Below, in pieces: positions 1 through 9,459 of a stretch of 64,000 nucleotides of DNA. This DNA comes from a virus: IMG/VR virus record IMGVR_UViG_3300034170_000100, positions 1-64,000 of that record; one strand, written 5' to 3'. The notes below the pieces were generated by a model. The model saw only the letters and a list, made by a program, of their open reading frames with translations. It was not told where the DNA came from and ran no database searches. Position 1 is the stretch's first letter; every line of letters starts with the position of its first letter. Position numbers and translations under genes: made by a program.

Positions 1-221
1 TTCTTGCTCACTGAGAATTTCCTCAAGTTGGTTCAATGGGTGGGTGAAAAACGGATAATCGCCATCAGCTTTGAAAGTCACGCTGATATGCTGAATACCC
101 GTATGGCGGGTGTCATCAGAAGCACAACCGTAGTCATGCTTCGCAGATTTGTAGACAACAGAGCCTTTGACCGCTTGCGGTTCAATTTTGCTGTCGCTTA
201 ACAGTTTGTACTGTCGGATCA

Positions 222-404
222 TTACAGCTCCTTAACTACGACGGAAACGGCTTCCTTTTGGACAGCCGCGAATTGTTTACGGGACAGGCCGTTATATGCA
301 GGTGCAAATGCCCCGGGGATGGTGCAAGCCTCGATACGCACCTCGGCAATTTCACAATTGCCTTGGTCGATCCAGACCACGCTGAATAGCTTCATCTTGG
401 GCAT
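222..404 (-). CDS. hypothetical protein (60 aa)
   Basis: ORF in a tightly packed minus-strand run. Confidence 0.55.
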   Translation of the reverse strand: MPKMKLFSVVWIDQGNCEIAEVRIEACTIPGAFAPAYNGLSRKQFAAVQKEAVSVVVKEL

Positions 405-406
405 GT

Positions 407-772
407 TTAATCCTGGGCGCTGGGCGCCCCCATGTAAGGTTTAGGATTTGGGTACTGCTCACGCAGATCCGCGAAGATGGAACCGAAACCCCAAGACATG
501 AAGCCCGGGGATTTGTTTTTGACCACTTCCAACAGACGACCTATGTCGTCGGGCAGGAAGGTGTAGGGCGTTTGCCCCAGGTACATCTTTTGGGTCTTAC
601 CCACATCCGATTCCTCAACGAGGAATGCGATGCGCTGAACTTCTACTGCGTCGACTTCATGCCGACGAGGTTCCCCGATCTTTTTCACGTTGTCTTGCTC
701 TCCGGGCACGTTGTGCCGATTTAGACATACCTGGTATACGCCGGCCGCGGAATACGACAGGCTCATAGCCAA
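407..772 (-). CDS. hypothetical protein (121 aa)
   Basis: Minus-strand ORF abutting the next gene; overlaps 657-953, so the true start is uncertain. Confidence 0.55.
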   Translation of the reverse strand: MAMSLSYSAAGVYQVCLNRHNVPGEQDNVKKIGEPRRHEVDAVEVQRIAFLVEESDVGKTQKMYLGQTPYTFLPDDIGRLLEVVKNKSPGFMSWGFGSIFADLREQYPNPKPYMGAPSAQD

Positions 773-953
773 GGCGTTTGATTACGATGTCGAGACGCTG
801 CTTATCGCAGAAACCAAGGAATTCAGCAGCTTCAGTACCAGTCCGGTTCTCTTTGGCCATGCGATTCAACGCGGCCTGGAAAGATTCCCCTGTGATAGCT
901 TCATACTGCTTAATGATCTTTGTTGCGTGCATTACGCACCTTGCCAATGCCAC
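657..953 (-). CDS. hypothetical protein, possible HTH DNA-binding
   Basis: TGTEAAEFLGF..QRLDIVIKRLG helix-turn-helix-like segment, basic C-terminus. Confidence 0.5.
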   Translation of the reverse strand: MALARCVMHATKIIKQYEAITGESFQAALNRMAKENRTGTEAAEFLGFCDKQRLDIVIKRLGYEPVVFRGRRIPGMSKSAQRARRARQREKDRGTSSA

Positions 954-1156
954 TGGCTTTTACGGAATACGACTTTGCCGTCTTTCTTCCACTTTTGCAG
1001 GAGACGATCAGCAGCACGATGAATTGCTTCATCGGTTACACGGAAGAGGCGCAACTGATGCTGCAACTCACCATAGGTGAAATGCAATTGGGTACACGCC
1101 CACACAGTGGCTTTGTCGATAGCCTCTTGGGTTACTTCGAAACCTTCTACGATCAT
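932..1156 (-). CDS. hypothetical protein, winged-helix-like (74 aa)
   Basis: FTYGELQHQL..AADRLLQKWKKDGKV pattern. Confidence 0.55.
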   Translation of the reverse strand: MIVEGFEVTQEAIDKATVWACTQLHFTYGELQHQLRLFRVTDEAIHRAADRLLQKWKKDGKVVFRKSQWHWQGA

Positions 1157-1176
1157 TGGAATGCCTTAATTTAGGT

Positions 1177-1206
1177 AAAAAAATAGGCGTACTAAAAAGT
1201 ACGCCT
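1177..1206 (-). terminator. intrinsic terminator
   Basis: minus strand AGGCGTACT-TTTT-AGTACGCCT followed by ATTTTTTT. Confidence 0.8.
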
Positions 1207-1221
1207 TCGCACAAAGTGCTG

Positions 1222-1662
1222 TTAATAAGAGGTGTGTTTTCTTAACTTTTCGATCAAGTTGCCATCGACCAACATTAGAGGACGTTTAACACCCGTTTGG
1301 GTATTCGTCATCTGTAATACAGTTGCTCGGGCATCTTCGCAAACTGCACAAGCAGCAGCGTGCAGTTCGGTTTGAATTGCGGCTAGTTCGCCGGCTTCTT
1401 CAGCTACTACGTCTTCCACTAACGCAAATTCTTGTGCTTCAGCTACCCGCGCCATTTCATCAATATTGATGTGGTTGCGGAGTACCGAAGCAACTTCATT
1501 GATTTCTGCTTGCAGAATACCCATCTCTTCAAAGATGGCTGCATGCTCAGCGGAGTACGTCGAATGGCTATTATCCAGCCGCTTTTTAAGCGCGGATACC
1601 TTGCCGATAACCTGTGCAGCTACATCACCGTATTGCCCAACAAGTCCCATTAAATCAGCCAT
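1222..1662 (-). CDS. hypothetical coiled-coil protein
   Basis: 146-aa ORF with GGTGAG RBS. Confidence 0.65.
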   Translation of the reverse strand: MADLMGLVGQYGDVAAQVIGKVSALKKRLDNSHSTYSAEHAAIFEEMGILQAEINEVASVLRNHINIDEMARVAEAQEFALVEDVVAEEAGELAAIQTELHAAACAVCEDARATVLQMTNTQTGVKRPLMLVDGNLIEKLRKHTSY

Positions 1663-1906
1663 TTAGCTCACCTATCTCACTGGTTTTAAAATTGTCTGCT
1701 GCCAGTCGCCGATGTTTGCGTGTGCGACACCGACTGCGGCAATAAACATGCTTCTCGTTCGTGGAGTGAAAAAACTCACCACACTCTAAGCATGCCTGCA
1801 ATTTGCTTCCGCACATAACACATTTTTTCATGTAACACTCCATTGTGACATTTGGCGGAATACTTATATCCCTATTGCCAAATGGAGTAAACAGTGCAGG
1901 AAACAC
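1655..1906 (-). CDS. small Cys-rich zinc-finger protein
   Basis: CxxC, CxxC and YCxxxC motifs; true start probably downstream of the listed one. Confidence 0.55.
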   Translation of the reverse strand: MFPALFTPFGNRDISIPPNVTMECYMKKCVMCGSKLQACLECGEFFHSTNEKHVYCRSRCRTRKHRRLAADNFKTSEIGELNG

Positions 1907-2003
1907 TCTGCTGTTACATTCAAAGAGGTGTGAACTACGCCACCTAAAAATGGTTCATGCTTTTTGAGCGGTACATCTAAAACCGTTTGAAAAGGTGAAC
2001 ATA

Positions 2004-2885
2004 ATGACTGACGTAATCGAATTGGCAGGTGGTGGCGGCGCTGGTGCAGGTCTCGGCGCCGGCCTGGGCGGCGGGCTTCTGGGTGGTATTCTGGGCGGTG
2101 CCCTGCTGGGCAACCGTGGTCTCCTGGGCGGCAACGGTGCTGAAGTAGCCCGTGCAGCCGGTGAAGGTTTTGTTACACCAACCCAACTGACTGCTGGGCT
2201 GGCCGGTGTGACGGATGCGCTGCAAAGCACGACTGTCTTGCAGAGCCTGGGCGACATTAAGGCGTCGATTCCTCTAGCGGAAGGTCAGGTACAACTGGCA
2301 TTGGCCGGCTCTCAAGCTGCCATTACTGGCCAGCTGAACACCAACCTGTTGGCTACCTTGACGGGTCAATCGACCATCAACAAAAACGTTTCTGACGCGA
2401 TTGCCACTTCCCTGGCCAGTCAAAACAACCTCAACACCAACATCCTGTCTTCGGCGGCTGCTACTCGTGAGTCTGTCGCCGCATACGGCGTTGCCAACCT
2501 CACCGCTACCAAAGACGCGCAGTTCGCCACTCAAGTGGCTATTTCTTCGAGCACCAAGGAAATCTTGGCAGTGTTGAATGATCAGAACACTGCCAACCTG
2601 CAACGTCAGCTGACTGTGGCTGAAGCCGCCCTGGCAGAGCAACGTTCTACCGGGCGCATTCGTGAGACTGAAATCAATATCACGAACACCAACACTGCTA
2701 CTGCGCAGCAAATGCAGGCGCAAAACCAGTCCCAGCAACAAACTCAGGCCATCATTCAGTTGAATGCGCTGGTCAGCAACCTGGCCAACGACATTCAAGT
2801 CGTGCGTCAAGGTCAGACCATCTTCAACAGCGGCACCATGGCAGCATCTGGTACTCAGACCGCGGCCAACACCCGTGTGAGCTAA
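2004..2885 (+). CDS. Gly-zipper N-terminus plus Ala/Gln/Thr-rich coiled-coil protein, unknown function
   Basis: Long ORF, AAAGGTG RBS before ATG 2004, GAGLGAGLGGGLLGGILGGALLG segment, own terminator. Confidence 0.8.
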   Translation: MTDVIELAGGGGAGAGLGAGLGGGLLGGILGGALLGNRGLLGGNGAEVARAAGEGFVTPTQLTAGLAGVTDALQSTTVLQSLGDIKASIPLAEGQVQLALAGSQAAITGQLNTNLLATLTGQSTINKNVSDAIATSLASQNNLNTNILSSAAATRESVAAYGVANLTATKDAQFATQVAISSSTKEILAVLNDQNTANLQRQLTVAEAALAEQRSTGRIRETEINITNTNTATAQQMQAQNQSQQQTQAIIQLNALVSNLANDIQVVRQGQTIFNSGTMAASGTQTAANTRVS

Positions 2886-3685
2886 AAGCTCCCAAAGGTG
2901 GGCAAAGCCAGCTTAATTGCTGGCTTTGTTTTTTTATGCGTGTTCTTCGGCGCTGTCGCCAGCTTTTTAATTTCCAGGATCTTCAGCGCACAAAGGCGCA
3001 GCATTTCCAGCCTTTGGATCAAACGGCTGTCGTATTTGGAGATTGTGTATTCGTACCACTCAGACCCGAAATTCAACTCATCGTAGTTCTCGGCAATGAA
3101 TGCCTCAACTGCCTGTAGGCCGTTAGGGGCACGATCTTCGATCAGCTCTTCTACACGGTCGCAGAATTCATCGAAGTGGCAGTGTGTCTGCTCATGGGCA
3201 TGCTTTTGCATCTCCATGATAACCATATCGAGGGTGATCGGGGCAGAGCCACCAACCCAGTCGGAAAGTTCGACGTTATCGCCTTCTTCCGAATTTTCAT
3301 CGATATAAGGCACAAACTTGTCTTCCAACAGTTGGCAACCTTGCTCAACGAGCACTTCGCGTAGTCTATCTTCGTCAAGCTCACGCTTCTCGCGGTATTC
3401 CGGCTCCAGCTTGCTGATCATGTACTGACAGACTGACTCGCGGGCTAGGAATGCGATTCCATACTGGGAACCCACACCAAAGACCAGTGAGTCAACATTG
3501 CCATACATGGCAATGCCGAAGCGGCTGATGACAAGGTCAAAGCCGTAGCTGGAACTGCCATTGTTAGTGCAGCGCCAGATTTCGTTGGTGCCGTACTTGC
3601 CGACACCAGAAACCAGTTCGACTGTGTGGTTGGCCACGTTCTCAGCAGCTTGAGCAAGCTCAGCTGCGAATTTGTCTTTGATCAT
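2882..3685 (-). CDS. hypothetical protein (~267 aa)
   Basis: Long ORF; start at MIKDKF after AAGGG. Confidence 0.75.
   Translation of the reverse strand: MIKDKFAAELAQAAENVANHTVELVSGVGKYGTNEIWRCTNNGSSSYGFDLVISRFGIAMYGNVDSLVFGVGSQYGIAFLARESVCQYMISKLEPEYREKRELDEDRLREVLVEQGCQLLEDKFVPYIDENSEEGDNVELSDWVGGSAPITLDMVIMEMQKHAHEQTHCHFDEFCDRVEELIEDRAPNGLQAVEAFIAENYDELNFGSEWYEYTISKYDSRLIQRLEMLRLCALKILEIKKLATAPKNTHKKTKPAIKLALPTFGSF
2904..2937 (+). terminator. intrinsic terminator
   Basis: AAAGCCAGC-TTAATT-GCTGGCTTT followed by GTTTTTTT. Confidence 0.75.
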
Positions 3686-3831
3686 TGGTTTAACCCTTGA
3701 AGAATAGAAAACCTGCCAAAGCCCAGCCGGCCATAGCAAGAATATGGAAAATGTTACGCCAGCGACGATAATCAGCCGCTTCCTTTGTAAGGCGAATAAA
3801 ATTTTCCCTGTTTACGAAAATATCGGGAAGG

Positions 3832-4035
3832 TCATTCCAGTTCATTGTCAGGAGTCCACTCGATAGTTACGGTGAATTTGCCGGACCGGAAGCCAGGGAA
3901 TCCATTCATGTCAGGGATTTCATTCACCTTTGGGTTAAAGTCTGAATCCAGGGCCTCGTGAAGATCACGCGACATGTCTACGATAGATTCACCGTCATAT
4001 GCCTTACTGAATAGAGTTTTCATGGGTTTGTTCAC
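3832..4035 (-). CDS. hypothetical protein (67 aa)
   Basis: ORF with GAGG RBS. Confidence 0.6.
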   Translation of the reverse strand: MNKPMKTLFSKAYDGESIVDMSRDLHEALDSDFNPKVNEIPDMNGFPGFRSGKFTVTIEWTPDNELE

Positions 4036-4063
4036 CTCAGCCCTCTTCTAGGGCGTCTTCTCA

Positions 4064-4101
4064 AGAAAAAAAGAATCTCCTCCCCCGTGAGGGGAAGGAT
4101 C
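4064..4101 (-). terminator. intrinsic terminator after RNAP II subunit gene
   Basis: minus ATCCTTCCCCTCACGGGGGAGGAGAT followed by TCTTTTTTT. Confidence 0.7.
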
Positions 4102-4131
4102 ATCCAACTGCGGGGACCGCAGCCCGTCTTC

Positions 4132-5385
4132 TTACGACAAGCTGTAGTTTGAGTTCAGAATCAGAGCTGCAAGCTCGTCTCCGTCCATTTGGTCTTTGTA
4201 AGTAGGTGTCATACCGGTGATCTGCTCGTAGATGTCCTCCAATACGCGAGCACGGGCCAGGTCGGCCATGATTTGCGCGTAAGTGAGACGCATCCAGTTG
4301 CAGTTATTGGCGTGGCACTTGAATTCATCGTGAACGGTGACGATCTCAAAGGGTTCGCGTTCCAGCAACTGGTTTGCCAATGCAACCATCTGATTAATGT
4401 GCTTATCAGACATGAATTGCACATCTGCACGGGTAAGCTCGTTGAGCAAGCGAGCATCGGGCATTTCACAGCCACCCCACACAGCAATGAGCTGTTGTGC
4501 AAGGTTGGAGGCTTCGCCCAAGTCTTGTTCGACTTCTTCACCCATACGACGACCATCTTGCATCCCGCCCAAGATATATAGGGCAGTTTGCACTTTGGTT
4601 TGATCGTAGTTGCAGCGGCGCTCCATAGAACGGAGCAGGTAGGCGTCCAGTGAGTGAGTCACATTGGCCACTAGCTTCAGGTCAGTTTTGGTGCCTTCGT
4701 TGACGTAATACTCGTAGGTGAACGAGGCGCCGTCGAGTTCATCGACTTCTACACGCTCACCTTCCACCTTCTGCATCACCTTGATGCGGACGTTGAAGTT
4801 GTCCGGGCACACCCAACGGTGTTCCAGGGCAAAGGGTTGCCACGCCATGCGCAGGTCACCCAGCAGTTCAACAGCCTTCGGGGCCACAGCCACCAAGCCA
4901 GCATAGAACGCATCCAGTTCCTCGGTGTCAGTACCGAAGATCTCACGCGGCTTGGCTTGGGAGCCGTACAGCGTGGTCATGGTTGCGTCTTTGGCATCTT
5001 GCCGGGTGACGATCAAGTCGCCATCCAGCATATCGCCAGCGGCGTTGGTGACCATGGTGTAGGCATCGTTCCGGGAATCCGGGTCGATCAGGTTTGTGGC
5101 CAGGCACCCTTTATGGCACTTGGTGACCACGGACATGATGCTCATGCCCGAGCAGGTCGCGTCCAGGCCAACCATGTGGCCGATAGCCTCGCCCTTACAT
5201 GCGCGGTACAGGGCGTTCACAGCCTTGAGGTACAGCGGACGTTCTTTCTTACTGGTTTGGAGGAATAGCAGGCGGTTGAAGTTATCTTTAACCCACTGAA
5301 CTCTTTCCTCAAACAGCTTCTTGTCCATATCTGCTTGGTTTGCGATGTCAATGCACAGAAAATCAAAGCTAGTGTAAAATTTCAC
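4132..5385 (-). CDS. RNA polymerase II, catalytic subunit (N4 gp16-like, T7-type)
   Basis: Motif A LDATCSG, motif B RQDAKDATMTTLYGS, motif C VHDEF. Confidence 0.93.
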   Translation of the reverse strand: MKFYTSFDFLCIDIANQADMDKKLFEERVQWVKDNFNRLLFLQTSKKERPLYLKAVNALYRACKGEAIGHMVGLDATCSGMSIMSVVTKCHKGCLATNLIDPDSRNDAYTMVTNAAGDMLDGDLIVTRQDAKDATMTTLYGSQAKPREIFGTDTEELDAFYAGLVAVAPKAVELLGDLRMAWQPFALEHRWVCPDNFNVRIKVMQKVEGERVEVDELDGASFTYEYYVNEGTKTDLKLVANVTHSLDAYLLRSMERRCNYDQTKVQTALYILGGMQDGRRMGEEVEQDLGEASNLAQQLIAVWGGCEMPDARLLNELTRADVQFMSDKHINQMVALANQLLEREPFEIVTVHDEFKCHANNCNWMRLTYAQIMADLARARVLEDIYEQITGMTPTYKDQMDGDELAALILNSNYSLS

Positions 5386-5404
5386 AGGAATATTCCTTAA
5401 TTAA

Positions 5405-5686
5405 TTAGGGTTTCAACATAAACCAGAGATTTATCATTTCCCGCCAGGGATGGCGATCAAATGTTGGGTAAACACCTATTTCTTTCAGCACATCTCCACA
5501 ATAGTAGTAATTTGTAGGCACCCAATGCATAAAGTAGCCAGAGTCCCCCTCGGTTACCACTATTGCATCACGTCCCCATTCTTGAGGCCACACTTCGTGC
5601 ACTCTTGTCCGTATTCCATGTTCTTGGGTCATTGTGGGTGAAATTATTTCGCGTTGAAACTCACCCTTATAAAATAACCAGCCCAT
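5405..5686 (-). CDS. hypothetical protein (93 aa)
   Basis: ORF between the RNAP II subunit genes. Confidence 0.6.
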   Translation of the reverse strand: MGWLFYKGEFQREIISPTMTQEHGIRTRVHEVWPQEWGRDAIVVTEGDSGYFMHWVPTNYYYCGDVLKEIGVYPTFDRHPWREMINLWFMLKP

Positions 5687-5694
5687 ATGGCCCC

Positions 5695-5985
5695 CTAATT
5701 GAGAATCATGTCAGCGAGTATCATTTGTTGCCCGCAAGGGTCTTCATTAAATGGAATGCAATTAACACGTACTTGTTTATTGCCCATTACGTTAAAGCTA
5801 CGTGCATCCCAGCATTGTCCGTCACTTACAATACAAACGTAAGTAACATCACAATTGTTTGGACTATACACCTGCAATTTGTGATCGAAGAGTACATGGC
5901 GGTCAAGGTAGAAAACATTGTTGTTAACACTGCTTTCTACCACACAGTCCACCGGTTTGTGCCGAATGAACAGTCTTGCCATCAA
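5695..5985 (-). CDS. hypothetical protein (96 aa)
   Basis: ATGA overlap with the upstream gene. Confidence 0.6.
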   Translation of the reverse strand: MMARLFIRHKPVDCVVESSVNNNVFYLDRHVLFDHKLQVYSPNNCDVTYVCIVSDGQCWDARSFNVMGNKQVRVNCIPFNEDPCGQQMILADMILN

Positions 5986-6422
5986 TCAGCCTCCAGCGGT
6001 TCGATATAATCGTCACGTTGCCGCTTACGCTTCTCGTAACCACGTTCGTCCATGATGTAGTCACCAATCTCGAATAATTGATGCAACTCCACAAGACTCA
6101 GTGTCATAGCGTTACCCATGTCGGTTATAACACCGAAATGGGAAGTACCTGTGTAGAAGATCATGGCATTGCCATTACGGCGAGGATTCCGGGTGTAAAG
6201 CTGTGCATATGTCACAGGTTCTTGTGCAATGTTGTGGGCAGATGCCCAATCAGGCAACGGGCCAAGGTCCAGTTCAAAGCACGCTAATGCTTCCTCAGCG
6301 TCAGCAATTTCCTTTTTTGTCTGGGCATTTGGCTCACCGCACCAGTCTCCCGATTCCATACCTGAACGGTATGGCTCCAGAATGTTCTTCAGTGCAAGGT
6401 ACAGCTGTTTGTCAGTGCTCAT
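5982..6422 (-). CDS. hypothetical protein (146 aa)
   Basis: ATGA overlap with the RNAP II subunit gene. Confidence 0.7.
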   Translation of the reverse strand: MSTDKQLYLALKNILEPYRSGMESGDWCGEPNAQTKKEIADAEEALACFELDLGPLPDWASAHNIAQEPVTYAQLYTRNPRRNGNAMIFYTGTSHFGVITDMGNAMTLSLVELHQLFEIGDYIMDERGYEKRKRQRDDYIEPLEAD

Positions 6423-7348
6423 AATTGAAACTCCTGGGGAATGTCGGATACGACTTCTTTATTGGCGAACTCAAGCATTGCCTTTTTGTAAGGCGCGCCT
6501 TGAGTCGAGATGTGATAACCATTGGCGTAGATACGCCCACGTTTATCGTACTTGTGGTGCAAGTAGAACTTATTGCCTTGGCCGGCCATGAGCAAGTAGA
6601 ACTCGTGCGATTGGCGCTTCATGTTCAACCACATGGTTTGCTTCTCGGGAGTATCCAGCTCGCTGTTTGGTTCTTCCTCCACTTTGCAGAGGAAGTCCAG
6701 ATCCAGGCTCAATGCCACTGAATTCTTCGAATCCAGCACATCAAGGCACACATCGTCGTTGTGGTGACCCTTATTCAGTATCACCGAGTCTTGACCGATG
6801 GTCAGGTACGGCGTGTCCTTGTTGTGGCGCAGCTTTTTAGGTGGATGCACCAGCGGAGGCAGATATGCACAATTGCTGATGTACTCCTGCAATTGCAAGG
6901 ACAGCGTGATGTTGCTGATGATATTCCAGCTGCCGAACCGGTTGGCCTGGGTCAGGTCATACAGATCGGTGTCGCACAGCACCGCGGTTATTTCCGCAAT
7001 GGTGGTGATGCTGGCCTTCTTGTCGTCCCAGCCGAGTATGCCGGCCATGCGAGCTGTGAAGCTGGTGAACAGTTCTTCCACCTGGCAGAAGGCCGAGGCC
7101 ACGACCAGATCAGTAACGAGCTGACGCAGGTCCATGCCTCGGAGGGCACTGACCCGGAGGTTCTTCGATGCATAGCTGAACTCGGTATTGACCCAGGCGG
7201 TGAGCAAGTCCACGCCTTTGTCCAGCAGGGGCAGGACTTCAGGGTCGTTCAGCACGTAGTCACGCATGTACTTGTCGATATGCTGTTTGGCAAATCGATA
7301 CTCGTTTGCCTTTTGCATGTCGTCAGTGAGCATGTGTGTCAGTTTCAT
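6419..7348 (-). CDS. RNA polymerase II, N-terminal subunit (N4 gp15-like)
   Basis: T7-type DxRGRxY motif (YDKRGRIY); GGAG RBS; synteny. Confidence 0.92.
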   Translation of the reverse strand: MKLTHMLTDDMQKANEYRFAKQHIDKYMRDYVLNDPEVLPLLDKGVDLLTAWVNTEFSYASKNLRVSALRGMDLRQLVTDLVVASAFCQVEELFTSFTARMAGILGWDDKKASITTIAEITAVLCDTDLYDLTQANRFGSWNIISNITLSLQLQEYISNCAYLPPLVHPPKKLRHNKDTPYLTIGQDSVILNKGHHNDDVCLDVLDSKNSVALSLDLDFLCKVEEEPNSELDTPEKQTMWLNMKRQSHEFYLLMAGQGNKFYLHHKYDKRGRIYANGYHISTQGAPYKKAMLEFANKEVVSDIPQEFQL

Positions 7349-7358
7349 GGATCTTCTC

Positions 7359-7616
7359 CTAATCTACGAGCATACGTGCAAATAGCACTTCTTTTGGTAC
7401 TTTTGTGGTGTATACCCATGCAGGGCCATTACCTTTGCTGTCACGATGCAACACATTCCACACAGTTCGCTCCCCTCGTGGAGATCCACGCATTCCGATA
7501 ACTTCTTCACGGAATACCTGACCTTTGTGGTAGTTTTTGTGCGTGTAGTACGGATGTTCGGAAAAAGACTCCGTAACCTCGACAGAATCATCGAATTTCA
7601 GAATGAAGATACGCAT
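7359..7616 (-). CDS. small early protein, shared C-terminal motif family
   Basis: ends KVPKEVLFARMLVD; AGGGG RBS before ATG 7616. Confidence 0.7.
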   Translation of the reverse strand: MRIFILKFDDSVEVTESFSEHPYYTHKNYHKGQVFREEVIGMRGSPRGERTVWNVLHRDSKGNGPAWVYTTKVPKEVLFARMLVD

Positions 7617-7623
7617 ACGTCCC

Positions 7624-7869
7624 CTACAGCAGCATTGCTGCCAGTTTAATTTCTTCTGGTGCATCTTCCACGGTTAACCAACGGTTTCCCGTATAAAGCT
7701 GCAAAGTGCCTAGAATTGCGGTGAGTCTGTAAACCTTTGTGGCCATACAGCCTTGAAGCTGTTTTGCCCTGCGTGCGCCGTCATACCAGACGACAGACTC
7801 AGACTCAATCTTGCCATGATAGAGCCAAATTAACGTGACATGTGCATACATACTCACTTCTGCTCTCAC
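7624..7869 (-). CDS. small early protein, shared C-terminal motif family
   Basis: ends DAPEEIKLAAMLL. Confidence 0.72.
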   Translation of the reverse strand: MRAEVSMYAHVTLIWLYHGKIESESVVWYDGARRAKQLQGCMATKVYRLTAILGTLQLYTGNRWLTVEDAPEEIKLAAMLL

Positions 7870-8141
7870 TCGCGCATCAGCGCAACCATTCGTACAATTT
7901 CAGGAATTTGCTCCGGCCAGGCCGGCAATAACGCAGCGTATGTACCAACTAGGCCAGAAGTTGCGCCTGTTTTGGTGCTGCGCTGTAAAACACGCCATTG
8001 GGGAACATCTCCGCCTTCTGAGGCGAGACGGTATACCTCCCCAATAGGGAAATGTATCTCCATGACTTCGGAGTTCATCCAGGTGGTGGTAACGTCGGTT
8101 ATTTCACCGTCAAGCACACCTATGATCAGCTGATAGCTCAT
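7866..8141 (-). CDS. small early protein, shared C-terminal motif family
   Basis: ends QIPEIVRMVALMRE; ATGA coupling. Confidence 0.75.
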   Translation of the reverse strand: MSYQLIIGVLDGEITDVTTTWMNSEVMEIHFPIGEVYRLASEGGDVPQWRVLQRSTKTGATSGLVGTYAALLPAWPEQIPEIVRMVALMRE

Positions 8142-8446
8142 TCGAGAACCTCCACCATTTTGACGATTTCAGGGATGGCCATGCAAGCAGACCAGCCTAT
8201 TCCGGTTGGATCGCCATATCCCCAACGGGACATGTCTTCCCAGTAGAAATAGTTGACGAACCACATAGATCTTGTTGCAGGGAGCTTATTGAAACGCATT
8301 ACGTCTTCAGTACGACGACTGAAGACGTTTCCCTGCTTATGCTGGTAAAACTTTTCCCAGTGAGGCTTAGAATCTGCTTCAATAGTTTCAAATGCTTCAA
8401 TCAGTGCAGATTTATCGTCATTCAGGATGACCCACAGAATACTCAC
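8138..8446 (-). CDS. small early protein, shared C-terminal motif family
   Basis: ends AIPEIVKMVEVLE. Confidence 0.75.
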   Translation of the reverse strand: MSILWVILNDDKSALIEAFETIEADSKPHWEKFYQHKQGNVFSRRTEDVMRFNKLPATRSMWFVNYFYWEDMSRWGYGDPTGIGWSACMAIPEIVKMVEVLE

Positions 8447-8733
8447 GGTTTCACCACGTTCATCATCAGGATCAGCTGAGGAACAGCTGGCTTACCCACA
8501 GGAGTGAATTTATGCCTGCCGTCTGCGTAGCAATAGTCACCTTTGAACCAAGTTCCCTGCTCAGTAAGCAGAAATACAATAGCAAATGGATCTTCATCCT
8601 TAGCCTCACGGGCAATCTTCAGGTTTGTCTTATAGTATGTGCAATGACATACTTCCGGTATATCGTTCACCACAAGGAACAAAGTTCCCATGCTGAACTC
8701 CCCGAAGGGAGCAGCGCGTTCGAAAGTCCTCAT
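8443..8733 (-). CDS. small early protein, shared C-terminal motif family
   Basis: ends AVPQLILMMNVVKP; alternative start at 8691. Confidence 0.7.
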   Translation of the reverse strand: MRTFERAAPFGEFSMGTLFLVVNDIPEVCHCTYYKTNLKIAREAKDEDPFAIVFLLTEQGTWFKGDYCYADGRHKFTPVGKPAVPQLILMMNVVKP

Positions 8734-8945
8734 TCGAGCATCACCATTGCTAATTTGACCAGGGCAGGTACGTCACACTCCGCTACTGCGTAATAGTTTT
8801 GCATTTCAGGCGTCCAACGTGACCAATGAGCCCCGCGCAGATTATAAACTTCCATATCGTCACGGATGTACGGAATGTGCAGAATCAGCACATCGAGCAC
8901 GAGTTCTCCTGTCTCACGACAGTAGCCAACTTTTTTCAGGCTCAT
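8730..8945 (-). CDS. small early protein, shared C-terminal motif family
   Basis: ends DVPALVKLAMVMLE. Confidence 0.75.
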   Translation of the reverse strand: MSLKKVGYCRETGELVLDVLILHIPYIRDDMEVYNLRGAHWSRWTPEMQNYYAVAECDVPALVKLAMVMLE

Positions 8946-9208
8946 TCGCTCACCATTACAGCAAGACGCACCATTTCAGGTACTTCTGCCTCAAGAAGGT
9001 AGTGAGGGCTGGCATAGGGGTAACGGAGCACCCACCAGCCGGTGACAGTGATACCGTCATAGCAGTAGGTCCACGAGGTGTCGAACAACGAGCACATGCC
9101 ACTGTCTACGACCATTTGCTTCTCGTAATCCCACAGGATTTTGATAGGCATATTGCCCCGGGCAGGCTCGAAGGGATCTTTTTTCCATGGGTCCATGTAA
9201 TCACTCAT
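8942..9208 (-). CDS. small early protein, shared C-terminal motif family
   Basis: ends EVPEMVRLAVMVSE. Confidence 0.75.
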   Translation of the reverse strand: MSDYMDPWKKDPFEPARGNMPIKILWDYEKQMVVDSGMCSLFDTSWTYCYDGITVTGWWVLRYPYASPHYLLEAEVPEMVRLAVMVSE

Positions 9209-9459
9209 TGAATTAACAGATACGCCATGCGTACTGCCTCCGGTAGTTTGCTGTACTCGACAGCGATGGCGTCATGGGCAATGCCATAGACGTACCACCG
9301 CGTATCTTTGAGGTCACCGCTGACAGAATGGAACAAGGCGTAGACCTGTTCCTGATCGGCGCCCGGGCGTCCTACCCAATGGGTGGCCGCCTCCATCAAC
9401 TCCTGCCTGATCATATGGTATCGAGCGGACATGATCATGGTGCTCACTCCGGTCTCCAC
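9205..9459 (-). CDS. small early protein, shared C-terminal motif family
   Basis: ends KLPEAVRMAYLLIQ. Confidence 0.72.
   Translation of the reverse strand: METGVSTMIMSARYHMIRQELMEAATHWVGRPGADQEQVYALFHSVSGDLKDTRWYVYGIAHDAIAVEYSKLPEAVRMAYLLIQ

Noticed and set aside
5405-5985. Membership of these two ORFs in the C-terminal-tag family
   Set aside because: Their ends (HPWREMINLWFMLKP, DPCGQQMILADMILN) only loosely resemble the motif and the spacing differs, so they were not counted.
8696-8712. CTCCC-CGAA-GGGAG and GGCC-CGAA-GGCC (14927) as vRNAP promoters
   Set aside because: The best pairing gives 4-nt loops (cUUCGg in the mRNA), so these are more likely RNA stability hairpins.
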